Assembly (NCBI RefSeq): GCF_006345805.1
Contig: NC_043006.1
Span: forward strand, 3,100,001-3,164,000
DNA from: Octopus sinensis
Lineage: Eukaryota
Direction of reading: 5' to 3'
Length of the DNA: 64,000 nucleotides
Shown: positions 25,401-38,259 of the stretch, piece by piece
How the letters are laid out: the number at the start of each line of letters is the position of its first letter
Numbering within the stretch: position 1 is the first letter of the stretch
The notes under the pieces: model-generated
Told to the model about the DNA's origin: nothing
The model's input: the letters and a program-made list of their open reading frames with translations, nothing else
The model's database searches: none
Program-made: the position numbers and the translations under genes

Positions 25401-25609
25401 AATTTTTTCTTTTTCTTTCTTTAAGATCCTTGAATCAAACGAGCAGGATGGGTCGACAAGCAACGTTGCTTTTCCCTACCTACAATCGTTATATCAGGCC
25501 TATTATCTTCTTCTTCTTCTTCTTCTTCTTCTTCTTCTTCTTCTTCTTCTTCTTCTTCTTCTTCTCTTTTCTTCTTCTTCTTCTTCTTCTTCTTCTTCTT
25601 CTTCTATGA

Positions 25610-26040
25610 AGGCAGCAGGCTGGCAGAATCGTTAGTACGTCGAGTGAAATGCTTAGCGGTATTTCGTCTGCCGTTACGTTCTGAGTTCAAACTCCGCCGA
25701 AGTCGACTTTGCCTTTCATCCTTTCGGGGTCAATAAATTAAGTACCAGTGTAACACTGGGATCGATGTAATCGAATAGTCCCTTCCCACCAAATTTCAGG
25801 CCTTGTGCCTATAATAGAAAGGATTATTATTATCATTATTACTGCTATAGACGTGGCGAGCTGGCAGAATCGTTAGCAAAACGCTTAGCGGCATCGTCCG
25901 TCTTTACGCTCTGAGTTCAAATTCCACCGATGTCTTTTATCTCTTCGGGGGGTGGTGGTGCGATAAAATAGGTACCGGCGGAGCCCTGGTACTTGCCTCT
26001 CCCGCGAACTTGCTGGTCTTGTGCCAAAATTTCAAGCCGA
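25610..26040 (+). mobile_element. Two tandem SINE family B copies
   Basis: Heads at about 25612 and 25852. Confidence 0.8.
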
Positions 26041-26393
26041 TATTAGAAAGCCTCTCCGTTGGCGAACTAACAATGCAAACACACAGATTCTTTTTTCGTT
26101 GCTGATGCGTGGAAAAAAAGAATCTCTTGCCGGACAGTTTCATGGTTTGGTGACCACCTCCTTTGAGAAAATGTACTCGGCTTTATTGCTCAATCAGTAA
26201 CACAAGTCAGCTGTTATATAATGTTATATAATGTAATTGTAACATTAGGCTGGTACATTAGCAGACAACCTAATTTGCATATTTGTACTTTTGAAGGGTC
26301 GTTATTTTATGCACACCACGGAATAGATATGTCCATCCATCCATCCATCCATCCATCCATCCATCTGTATATATATATGTATATATATGTATA

Positions 26394-26472
<79 letters not shown>

Positions 26473-26599
26473 ATGGAACGTTTTATCTTATTTGAATTTT
26501 TATCTGAATCATGGCTTGTACTGTAGAGTCCAGTGAAACTAATTTAAACATACCTATTTTACACATACTTAAGGGCTTTATAAAATTAAAATATAGTTT

Positions 26600-26870
26600 A
26601 TTGTACTGAACGTTGATAAAGTGATATAAGGGCCTGATGATTGGGTTACATTTTAAGAAGAGTTCCAGGAAAACTCGGAGTACCTCATGAAACACGTGTT
26701 GCCAAGTAACAAAACAAGTAGGTATTTAAAATAAAAATTAAAAATCCTTTTTTTTCTGTGTGAGATGTAGGGGCCTACTATTTCTAAATTAAAATATATT
26801 TCTTCGTTGAGAATAATTTGAACCTCTGTTATGCCGGAATTTTTATTCCCTAACAAATAAAATTAAATAT
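26600..26870 (+). mobile_element. Putative Penelope-like terminal repeat with degenerate hammerhead motif
   Basis: Homologous to 41960-42260. CTGATGA at 26634 and GAAACACGTGT at 26689. Flanked by (TA)n. Confidence 0.55.
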
Positions 26871-28781
26871 ATATATATACGCATATGTGTCTTATAAATG
26901 TATAACTACTGATGTAGGCATATATATCTTGTTGTATATTGAAGTTTTGTATATTTAAGTTTAATCGATATGAATCTTGAAATTTGTCTGAGAGAGTAGT
27001 TTTCTTTGTTTGATTGTATGGCGGTCTCTGCATTGATGTTCAACGACTCTGGTAGCGAGTGCAAAACTACCGCCAACTCAGTTTTGCTTTATTGGTCAGC
27101 TATTTTAGGATAAAACTTATTCTCATGGCAGCACTTTGACATTATCTCTGTCTTCTTGTTTAAAATATTTCAATGTTTAGATGCACGTCCATTTTGATGA
27201 AGAAGAAATTTGTTCAAAAGCATCGAACTATGACCGCCATGTCTTTCCAAGACCGGCCAAGTTTATCTTAAACAGCTACAAGTCAATGTATGTGTATGTT
27301 TTTATGAAGTATACAAGGGAAAAAGGGCTAGTATTCGTGGTCTGAACGGCCCCACTCTGAAAGTGGTCAGACTGGTGCAGTCCTAGTTTTCAAATCCTTC
27401 CACCTGGCATCACCCCATCAGTTTTAAACAATGCGTCTAATAATAGATTATCCAGTGAAGTTTTCATGCAAACGTGGTCTTTTTAAAGTGGTCGGATGTC
27501 ATTTAAGGGAAATTTGGATGCTATGTTTAGAAGGTTAAGTGACTACGTGCAAAACAACTTGTCAGCTTGAATATTTGTGAGTTCACTTAATACGTGGTAC
27601 TTCTCCCCTGTACATAACTGGCATTACTTTGTTAAATTTACGAAATACATATATTTTAAACAGAAAGACGGAGATCTCCAAGATCTGTCTGGAATAGGAC
27701 GGCTGAGCAAGATCGAACAACCAAGCGTTTGCAACTCGCTGTCCATGTTTATAAGCACCGATGAAAACAACGTAAATATATCTGTAGATGTATATCAGTC
27801 GACGCAAAGAACATCATAAACCGGAAATTTGCTGAGCCACAGGGTATTAGCGTGGGGCATTTTCTTTTATATATTTGTATATACGTTGCCACGCACATGG
27901 TAAAAGGTGTATTTCTCTTTACTACCGTGGCTGCTGAATGGAGGCCAAAGGGAATGGTGGGAACGGAACCACAACATAAAAAAGCATATATTGGCTGTTG
28001 TGTCTACAATTAGTTCTTTAATGTCTCGTAGATGCCACAATTATCTGATACTTTTTTTGTATCTATTTAATATCGCGTGCGCACACCTCCGAACAAATAT
28101 GTATTGATTGATTTTAGTTTCAGCTCATGAGCTGTGGCCATGCTGGGGCACCGCCATTTGAGAACAGAAGGACATAACTACGAACACAAATGGAAAAAGA
28201 TAGCTTGTGTAACCCTGAGCATAAAAATGCATAAAAATGCAATATAATCACTTTTCCTTAACAAGAGAAATGAGTGAGATTATATTATGCTGCTAACACC
28301 TAAATAAAGTCAGTTTCGAAATTGGTCCGAACTACAAAGAGTATAGACAATGATGAAGTAGTACGGATGATAAAAACTCAAGGTGCCAACGCTACCAGAA
28401 TACTAACGCCATTTACACGTTAACGTTTACAGAAATCGAATCTCAGGTATCTAATTAGAGTCAGTGAACAAACTCTCTCTCTCACACCCACACACACACA
28501 CACATAAACACACGTACACTTTCAAATACGCGCACAGGAATGCGTTCAGTTAAAAACAGGGGAAATTAAAAGCGGCCTATATAAACATGACTGCCACCCT
28601 ATAAAACTATCCACAAAAATTCCCATTCAACTATAAACCAATGAGCCATGGAGGCGACCAATGAACTGTAAAAGAGAGTCTTCCTGTACAATCTCACTGA
28701 CTGAAGCCTCACAAAGAGTTTTCGCCAATGTATAGAGAAAAGGCAACCATCGTCTCTGGTGTTATAGAACGATGTAATATA

Positions 28782-29190
28782 GCGCAGGCGTGGCTGGGTG
28801 ATAAGAGCTTGCTTCCTAACCACATGGTTCCGGGATTCAGTCCCACTACGTGATGACACCGTGGGCAAGTAACTTCTACTAGAGCCTCGGGCCGACCATA
28901 GCCTTGTCAGTGGATTTAGTAGACGGAAACTGAAAGAAGCCCCTCGTATGTGTGTGCGTGTCTGTGTGCGTGCATGTGTTTGTATATGTGTTTGTCCCCA
29001 TCACCGTTTGACAACTGGTGTTGCTGTATTTACGTCCCCGTAACTTAGCAGTTCGGTAAAACATCGATATACCAGGCTTTAAAAAGAAGAAAAAAAAGTA
29101 TTGGGATCGATTCATTTGACTAAAAAAATTCTCCAAATGGTGCCCCAGCATGGCCGCAGTCTAATAAGTGAAACAAGTAAAAAAATAAAA
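28782..29190 (+). mobile_element. SINE family A, full length with internal (TG)n
   Basis: tRNA-like head, TG linker, and 3' CCAGCATGGCCGCAG..GAAACAAGTAAAA. Confidence 0.9.
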
Positions 29191-29599
29191 GATCTAACTG
29201 TTCATTTTCCATGAATATGGCAAGCTCACATTCACCTTAGAGTTGAAAGAAGTTACATGTCTCTTCCACATGAGACAGGGGAACTGATACTTCCAGTTAA
29301 GACCCAACTTTTAAACTTCAAATATCAGGCAAATCACGGAGAGAAAAATTACGCTCATTTTTAGTTCAAGCAGTTTGGTTTCCTTCCAACACATCAGCGA
29401 TGGGGTGTTCAAACAGCTACTTGATACTTACATGTGTAGATGTATTATAGATAAAGTCTGGTCTTAGCATAGCACTTTGTTTTTCCGGTAATCCAGACTC
29501 CGCTTGACAACCAGTGTTGGTTCATTTACGCCCCCGTAATCCGGCTGTTGATTAAGAAATAAAGTGAATGATAGATTTAAAAAAAAAAATGATTAACAG

Positions 29600-30400
29600 T
29601 CAAAATTGTGGCGTCCAAGTTGTGACGGTCAAAGAAGTCAACAATTCCCAGAAAAGTAGCCCATAGAATTGTTTCTAGGAAGTTATAGATTGTAACAGCA
29701 CTCACAGAAATCTTGAAATATTCACAGTTATCAGAACAACGACTGTTGCTATCTGCGCTGAGGAGAGCCAAATATCAAAGCGCTTGAGTGTTTTGATAGT
29801 GTGAACAACCTACAAAACGATTCCAATATCACATGCAGGTTGGGTGATGAAAACAAAGCAAGAGAGTTTGAAGAATTCTGCTGTTATGATTAATGGCGCA
29901 TAAATTAATATGCATATTGCTAAGATGGTAGCGGCGTGCAGATAACTAGCAGGGTGGATCCTAGAACAATTCCGAACAACAAATCAAATACGTAGAATTC
30001 TATCAGATTACAGCTCCTAGTTGAGGTGCAATGATATCGTGAAGTTCACTGCTGAACTGGAAGCAATCCAATAGAACTACACACGCACGCATGCGCACAA
30101 AACTATTGATATAAGCAGTCACACACAGCTGATACAAAGGGTTCAAAAGTTTAAAGCTCGCACTTTTGGAAGAAAGACTGGAATGATACACCGTAATTTA
30201 TATTTGAATTACCTAACGCGAAATAAGAACAAATATTGGCGCTGAAAGTCCTGCAAATACTAGAACTTTGTCTTACAGCAGAGTGCTAAAAGTTCCGTAC
30301 GTTGTGTCTCGTGTTGGAATGACAACATGCGTCCCGAAGAAATATAAATGATTTGCATGGAGTCTAGAGTGCATGCCAACATGTTCCAACGAAGTATGGG
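29600..30400 (+). mobile_element. Old CR1-group LINE 3' fragment
   Basis: HIAKMVAACR*LAGWIL and ELEAIQ*NYTR match C-terminal CR1-type motifs. Many stops. Confidence 0.55.
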
Positions 30401-30429
30401 CTTTTGATTGTGCACGATCTCGGAAGAGG

Positions 30430-30585
30430 GGCCCTGGGATGGGTAACACACTGCCTAAATACAAATCTTGAGAAATTAGGCTTCTCAAAACCAGAAAGGA
30501 GGGAGATAATTCGAAGACTACAGATATAGTCCATCACTGGAACTGTAAAAATCTGTAAAACTTTCCAGAAGTTTATCACTTATAT
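30430..30585 (+). mobile_element. R4-type LINE extreme 3' end
   Basis: ALGWVTHCLNTNLEKLGF..RRLQI*SITGTVKICKTF, related to 37985-38225 and 39520-39790. Confidence 0.7.
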
Positions 30586-30829
30586 ATGAATATGTCTAGA
30601 TATGCAACTGTATGCATTAGAAAACATACATAAAACATACTAATCTGCTCATACATACATACATACATACATACATACATACATACATACATACATACAT
30701 ACATACATACATACATACATACAAACAAAAATACACCGTTGTTGATGTTGAAATTCCAATGAAGGAGCCTTGGAGCTAAGTTAGAAACCATTTCTTTCTC
30801 TTTTGACAAGAAATCTTGAAATAAACTGA

Positions 30830-31214
30830 ATAATGACATACATACATGCATGCATGCATACACAAATGCATATATACACGTACATGCATACAAGCATACA
30901 TGCATACATGCATGCATACATACATGCGTACATAACATACGTACATGCATACATACTTACATGCATACATACATACATACATACATTCATACATACATAC
31001 ATACATACATTCATACATACATACATTCATACATACATACATACGTACATACAAACACACATGCATGCATACATACGCTCATACATACATACACACATAC
31101 ATACATACATACATGCATACATACATACATACATACATATTATACATACATGCATGCATACATACGCTCATACATACATACATACATACATACATACATA
31201 CATACATACATACA

Positions 31215-31245
<31 letters not shown>
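30830..31245. repeat. (CATA)n microsatellite
   Basis: Directly visible. Confidence 0.95.
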
Positions 31246-31247
<2 letters not shown>

Positions 31248-31645
31248 GTATACCGACGTCCCCACAGTTTCCGTCTACCAAATTCACTGACAAGACATAG
31301 GTTGGCCCGGTGCTATAGCAGCAAACATTTGCCCAACAAACTACTTCTTAATGACAAAACCAAGCCCGGGCGTAAATAAATTATTAATTTACCAGAAATT
31401 ATATTTGTGATAATAATACGAAAAATATAGACAATATAGAAAAACGCTATATAGAAATATAGAAAAATGTGGAATTTTAAAGTGGATTGGGTGGAATGGA
31501 ATGGAGTTAAATGATTATAGTAAAATTTAATTAAAAGGATTAAAAATGGAGAAACATGTTCTGATGTGCAACTAAGTTCGAAATAGAGTAGAATGGATTG
31601 GCGTTAAGAGAGCAGTGTGTGCACGGGCGCGTGTGGGTAAATATA

Positions 31646-32212
31646 TTGGGTTGTCCGGAAAGTTTGTGCCGATTTATAGTAGCTTACCTTTCGACTTATT
31701 TTAGAACATGGTTGAGTCCATAAAATAGGATTTGACTACACCTCCATTTAGAGCACAGTTTAAGCTATCTTTTCGTGGAAGAAGGTTTATGTTCCTAGAA
31801 CCTGTGTTAATTCTGTAACCCTTTAAAATGGAAGAAAAGAAAGTTCGTTTTCGGCACTTGATGCTTTGGGAACGAGACAAAAATTGCTGCAGCTCGGCTG
31901 AGATGTGTTACCGCCACCTTCCATATTCACCAGATATTGCCCCTTCGGATTTCCACTTATTCAGGTCTCTGCAGAACAGTCTTAATGGTAAAATTTTCAA
32001 TTCCTTGGATGATGTAAAAAGATACCTTGATGAATTGTTTGCCATGAAACCACCTCAATTCTGGGAAGTGGGTATTTTCAAGTTAAAGGAAAGATGGAGA
32101 CGCATTGTGCAACAAAATGGTTCATATTTGGTTGATTAAAAATGTAATGGCAAGTATTTATCCATCTTCTTCTTTCCTTTAAAAATTGGCACGAACTTTC
32201 CGGCCAGTCCAA
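31646..32212 (+). mobile_element. Internally deleted mariner element
   Basis: Imperfect TIRs TTGGGTTGTCCGGAAAGTTTGTGCCGATTT / AAATTGGCACGAACTTTCCGGCCAGTCCAA with TA flanks. ORF 31828-32139 joins the N-terminus to YSPDIAPSDFHLFRSL. Confidence 0.92.
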
Positions 32213-32718
32213 TATTTACTGCGATAGTTGGTGTAGCTAGCACATTACTTCCCCAACGGACATAGTTTGCTTTTGCAGCGCTTCTCACTGAAGCCTAAGC
32301 GGCTCTTCCTCTTCTCCATGTAAATTGATCGACGAAACTGCTTAAGCCCTTTTGTGGAATTGGTTAGTAGAGATCTTGATCAAAATAAATACTCTGCAGG
32401 ATTTTCCTTTGAGAGTTACAAGCACAGCGATAGTTCACTACTGTTTTCTGTCTTGTAGTTAAATCCATACATTAATTAGCAGTTCAATGCGACCGTTTGC
32501 TCACTGCTCAGGTCTTCTTTAGACAGGCGTTTCTTTGCCTTGATTCAAAGACAAGCATTTCCTTTTCCACAAGGTTTGGATTTAGAGCAAAAGTTTAGGG
32601 TGTGAGATGTTTTACATTAAAGGATGAATAGACCTCTGTGTCAACGTGACTAACTTCAGCGTCAAACACACACACACACACACATACGTGTGTGTGTGAG
32701 TGTGCGTGTATACATATA

Positions 32719-33568
32719 CGAGGTCTGATCAATAAGTATCCAGACTGTTGCCATAGTAACGAAGCTAATGTATGCAGAGTAAAGCCGCTTTGCATACATT
32801 GACCTTGAACTCTGCTGTGCATGCGCACTAAGTTTTAACGTTCTAGCTCACATCTGTGCTTGGAAGGAAGGTGTGTAGCATGTGATCGTCGCATTGACCA
32901 TGGCGATACCTGCTCAGAGGCCTACATAAAGTTACAGAAAGTGTATGGAACGGAGTGTATGAGCCGCACACGAGTGGTTCAGATGTTACCGTGATGGCTG
33001 AAAAAATTTTGATATTGATAAACGTTCTGGAAGACTCGCAGCCAGCAGAACTGAGAAAAAACATCGCAGATGTGCATGTAGCTGTGAGGGGAAACCGTAA
33101 ATCTGTGAGTTATGAGAGGATGCGCAGATTAGTTACTGTTCAGTTCAGTCCATTATCACCGAAGATTTGGGTATGAGGTGCTTGTCTGCCAAGTTTGTGC
33201 CAAAACTGCTTTCAAATGACCAAAAAAATACTCGGGTTTCAGTTGCACAAGATCTCCTTGATTGTATCGAGAACGATGAAAACTTTTTGAAAACTTTGTG
33301 TAGGCCTCTGAACAGGTATATCAAAGCTTTTGGCAAAATTTGATGCAGATTCTCTGCTCAACTTTCTCTGTTATGTTCAATGCGACGATCACACGCGACA
33401 CACCTTCCTTCCATGAACTGCTGTAAACAGCAGAAGTGAACGAGAACGTTAAAACTTAGTGTGCATGCAGATCAGAGTTCAAGGTCAATTTGTGTTTAGC
33501 GGCTTTACTCTGCGTGCTTTAGCTTCGTTACTATGGCAACAGTCCGGATACCTGCTGATCGGACCACG
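32719..33568 (+). mobile_element. Fold-back mariner derivative (two left ends, N-terminal transposase half)
   Basis: TA flanks; inverted arms longer than 200 bp; AKFVPKLL..NDENFLKTL then inversion. Confidence 0.9.
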
Positions 33569-33642
33569 TAAGTATGTATGTATCTATATGTGCGCTTATA
33601 TGAATATGTATAGTTAAGTAAGTACGTCTGTATGTAAATATA

Positions 33643-34498
33643 CGAGGTGTAGTCAAAAAGTATCCGTAATACGTAAGCAAAAGCCGCATGGGTTTTAGGT
33701 GACCGCATCCTTCCTGAGCCTGCGCAAAAATTTTCGTGTCTTTAGGTTGCGCAATTTGCTCGCAGTGACGCATTGAGTACAGGCGTGAAGAGTATGCTGT
33801 GTGATTTTTCTTTTTTAGTTAAGATGACCGAGTGCATTGGGTAAAGATACTGTATCAAATTCTGCCAAAAACTTGCTTGATACGTAAGCCCCGACTATCG
33901 AGAAGATTCAGATGGCCTTTGGAGATGCTGCTATGGGAAAAACACAAATGAATGAGCCGTAAAACAGGTTCAAATATGGCCGCACCTCAGTGGAAAGTGA
34001 GCCATGAATATGCACCAGAAGGTCCGACAATTGACAAAGAATACTACCTGGGGGTTCTTCGACGTTTTCGTGAAGCTGTGCGGCGAAAACGACCCGATCT
34101 GTGGGTAGCAAAGAACTGCCAACTCCACCATGACAACGCAACCGCTCGTTCCGCCCCCGTCGTCCAAGCATTCCTCGTCAAGCAAAACACACCACTGTTC
34201 GTCAGGTTTCCTACGCCACCGACTTGGTTCCGTGTGACTTTTGGCTATTCTCAAAGCTAAAACAAACAAAGAAAAACGCAAAGGTAGAAGACTTGAGTCA
34301 ACAGGGGACATTAAGCAAAATTCAACGGCACAGCCTCACAAAAAGTGATTGTCAGAAATGTTTCCAGGAGCGGTGGGAACGCAGAAGTGTGGAAACTCCC
34401 AAAGTGAATACTTTGAAGGAGACTAAATCAAAATGGTGTTTTTTTAAAATATTACTTGCTTTTTGGCCAAAGGTGGGATACTTTTTGATTACACCTCG
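33643..34498 (+). mobile_element. Internally deleted mariner element (different family)
   Basis: 23-bp TIR CGAGGTGTAGTCAAAAAGTATCC with one mismatch; TA flanks; LHHDNA and PCDFWLFSKLK motifs. Confidence 0.92.
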
Positions 34499-35548
34499 TA
34501 TGTATGTATGTGTGTGTATGAGTTTGTGTGTATATGCGTGTGTGTGTGTGAGTGTGAGTGTGTGCGGGTGTGAGTGTGTGTTTGTTATGTTTTATATTTC
34601 ATAAGATGTTCTATTTTTCAATTGCTTGGAAATCTGAAAGTTATTTCAGCCAATGCCTGAAACTCGCTTTACAATACATAATATCTCTTAAAGAGTTAAA
34701 GCTCGAAACCCTTGTCCACCCCACCCCCCTAGCCATCTGTTTATTTGTATATCTGCTTGTTCACCGATCTCTTTCTCAGTCTATGCAAAGATGGGATAGG
34801 AGGGCGAGCAAGAATGTTAAGTTAAAGACTTAAAAACTGAATCATTGATTGTGTAAACAACCTTTGATATTTGATCAAGGATGTTCATTCCCAAGTAGGG
34901 TCGAACCCAAACTGGATGCTCTTATATTACAATTATGAACTTAACCATTACCACTCTAGTAGTTTATTTATATACTTATCTGATGAGTGTATTGGTAATG
35001 AGAAAACGTATATGGCACTGTTTTGCTCGGTTTACACAGGAAATAGCATTGTCCAAAACTCAAGGAGATCAGCTAACAGTTTAGCTTAATATCAATGTTT
35101 CTTCAAGAGATCCTGTGATGGTGGTTTTAGATTTAGGGCAAAATCGCTTCAACAACATATGTATGACAAATAAACAGCGCAACGTCCATATGTTCATATG
35201 CAACAAACGCGCAGCATGTCATCTGTGATATATGTCGAATGGGATGCATTGTCGCGCAGAAAGAAAGAGAATAAGTAATGCAAATTGAAAAGAACAAAAA
35301 ACAAAATGAAAATAAAAAAAAGTAGACGAACAAAAAGGAAATAAATAGAGACACAATCAACAAAACAATCATTGTGTAAAGAGCTGTTCGGTTATTATTT
35401 AATTCGAAACAAACCTCCGCTACAAATGTATAAACCGTCTTAAATACTTACCTTCTCTTTGTCACGTAGCTGGCATCAAGTTCCCTGCTGAAGTATTAAG
35501 GAAAATAAATGAGTTCAAATACACACACACTCACACACGCACACACAC

Positions 35549-35618
<70 letters not shown>

Positions 35619-36284
35619 ATACACACACACATACGTGAAAGAAAACATCACAAATTAACTTCCTTGTAATATCGGGTTCTGCTCTACAGACCCTTTAACA
35701 TGTCTATGCTAAAGGACTTTGCGGTGAATGCGTTTCAAGGTTTCAAGGGCTAAGACAGAGAAAAGGAAATAACGAGAAAAGGCAGACACGTGACTTATTA
35801 TGAGGGAATTTATTTTAACATGGACACTACTTGAAGAGACCTTAGGAGCGGCATTAATAAATTTGGCTGTTGTTTCGCTCCAGATCAGTCCTAATCTGAC
35901 GGACAGACTGAATCCATGATCAAAGCCATTCCAACCTGAACCATCCTGTCTTTTTGTATATCTGCAACACCATTGTTTAATGCGTCCTTCCAATTTTAAA
36001 GCAGCATAATATGATTTGATGTTGTTCGGTTGCTATTTCTAGTAGCCGAGTTGTAGCGCTGACTAGGCCTGGGCAACGTTTTTAGAGAAGCGGACCACGT
36101 GAGACATGGCATATCATCAAGCGAGACGCACAACTAAAAATGTCAAAATAATTCTTTCGGATCGACGGCTGCCCATGATTGTCATAGATTTTACCTTGTT
36201 CGTTCATCATACGTTTGGTTGTTAATGATAGCTGAGAGGTAAACGGGTCGACTAGATACAATAAGAATCGTTTCCACACCAGGT

Positions 36285-36490
36285 GCAAGGCCTGGAATTT
36301 AGTAAGGTGAGGAGGGGAGGGAGTAAATCAATTACATCGACTCCAGTATTCAACTGGTACTTATTTCATCGACCCTCAAAGTATGATAGGCAAAGTTGAT
36401 CTCTGCCGAATATGAACTCAGAACGTATAGACAGACGAAATGCAGACCCTTTTGCCCATCGTGCTAACGATTTGCTCAATTCGCTGCCTT
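36285..36490 (-). mobile_element. SINE family B (diverged)
   Basis: Homology to other B copies. Confidence 0.7.
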
Positions 36491-36817
36491 ACTACACCGC
36501 ACTGTGACAATACTATATCTCCTGCAAATACGAATTCATATCTCGACAACAATCCCTTTTTTACCAGATGCATGACCTGTTACAGAAAACAAATGCTACG
36601 CTACCAGAATGAAATGGCTCTCCTAGACACACCTCGTTGCAGATATTGCACTCTCTCTGTATCCGAAGCGCATTGCTTGTTTAGTTGAAGTTTAGCTTCA
36701 GCTCGTGAACTGAAACTAGATAAAATAAAAAAAAATTAAAAAAAAAATTTTAATTCATTTCGTGTCGACAATAGTTTATTCTTGATCTGGCGTATGTCTT
36801 TCAGAGTTGATACTAAA

Positions 36818-37035
36818 TAGAAGGGCTGCTGAAAAGTTACTGGCTTTGGGTGAAAACAATGCAGGAGGATCAGTTAATTAAGATTTTATGCAACATGTTC
36901 TCCTCTCAGATTCACACACTTATCGTAGCGGGCCTTTAATTTTTCTAAGTTCTGTAAAAGAACTCGGAAGGTTGGGGCTCCAACCAGGTGTTTCGTGGTA
37001 CCCTTAAAACTAGGAAGTTTTCAGCACCCCTTGTA
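36818..37035. mobile_element. Mariner-type MITE
   Basis: Imperfect TIRs TAGAAGGGCTGCTGAAAAGTT / AAGTTTTCAGCACCCCTTGTA with terminal TA. Confidence 0.7.
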
Positions 37036-37193
37036 GAATCATTGCTCTTCACAGGCGTACTGTGGCGATTGAGGTTTACATCCTTGTTTGCCTGAAAAGC
37101 TCAAGTAGTTCTAAGGTAATTCGTTCAGGAGTGTCTACCATTTGCTTTTGCTGGAGGACTGGGAAACATTTTATCGTCGTGTTAGTTCCAGTT

Positions 37194-37250
<57 letters not shown>

Positions 37251-37501
37251 AATAGGTGAATGAATTATCCCATGTTTATCGTCAGCATGGAAAATTATCG
37301 CTGTGATCACCATGTAGGCAATCATCGAAATTTTTGTTCGTCTTGTGGTTGAGAGAGGCTCCTTATCTTTCCTGATGGGAAGATTGCATAATGCACCCTT
37401 TATTCCTTCGGAATAAAAATATGCTGTCTTCGAAACATATGTCGAGAGTAAAGGAATTTTGTTAACATCTTCGTTCGACTCCATTCTTTTATTCATTCAT
37501 A

Positions 37502-37541
<40 letters not shown>

Positions 37542-37689
37542 AAAATGGTAAATAATTTTCCTGTGGTTTTTCATGTAACCAACAATTATTTACCGGTAAA
37601 TTTCGGTATGTAAATACGACAAAATAATTGTCAAGACCTTTGTAAGGTTTGCTAGCCAACTTATTTTTCTTTACTATATATATAATATA

Positions 37690-37740
<51 letters not shown>

Positions 37741-37880
37741 CATACATACATACATACATACATACATACATACATACATACATACATACACAAACCCACA
37801 CAAGCACGCACGCACACATACACATACGTACATACATGCATACATACATGCATGCATACATACATGCATGCATACATACA

Positions 37881-37912
<32 letters not shown>

Positions 37913-37984
37913 CATACATATATACATACATACATACATACATACATACATACATACATAGTATCTACCCAAAATACACTTTCA

Positions 37985-38225
37985 GGTTCATAGCTATTAT
38001 TATTGGAACAGCAAGATACATGCCAACCCGTCTGGAACAAAGTATGGCTGAACTTGGGTTCTTGGGGAGAAAATGCAAATCCTTAATTTATTTGCTACAA
38101 ATGATCACGATATATAGGACTATGTAAATCTGCCAAACCTTTTTTTAAGATTTAAAGGATGGTGGTTAAAGCAAAATTCGTTCTGTTACAAGTCAGTGGT
38201 CGATCAAAATTTACTCTAAAAAGAG
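37985..38225 (+). mobile_element. R4-type LINE 3' end copy
   Basis: IIIGTARYMPTRLEQSMAELGFLG; near-duplicate of 39520-39790. Confidence 0.75.
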
Positions 38226-38259
38226 GAAGAGGAGAATATACATAAAAAAACAAAAACAA

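Noticed and set aside
26880-27300. GIY-YIG endonuclease remnant (LATRVVEHQ), and a similar one at 46700-47150
   Set aside because: Only short motif resemblance across frameshifts; not supportable without a profile search.
29600-30050. Hydrophobic GPCR-like reading on the minus strand
   Set aside because: The plus strand carries CR1-type motifs (LAGWIL, ELEAIQ); the hydrophobicity is an antisense artefact with many stops.
31540-31575. GAAACATGTT hammerhead-like half
   Set aside because: No upstream CUGANGA or helix I partner.
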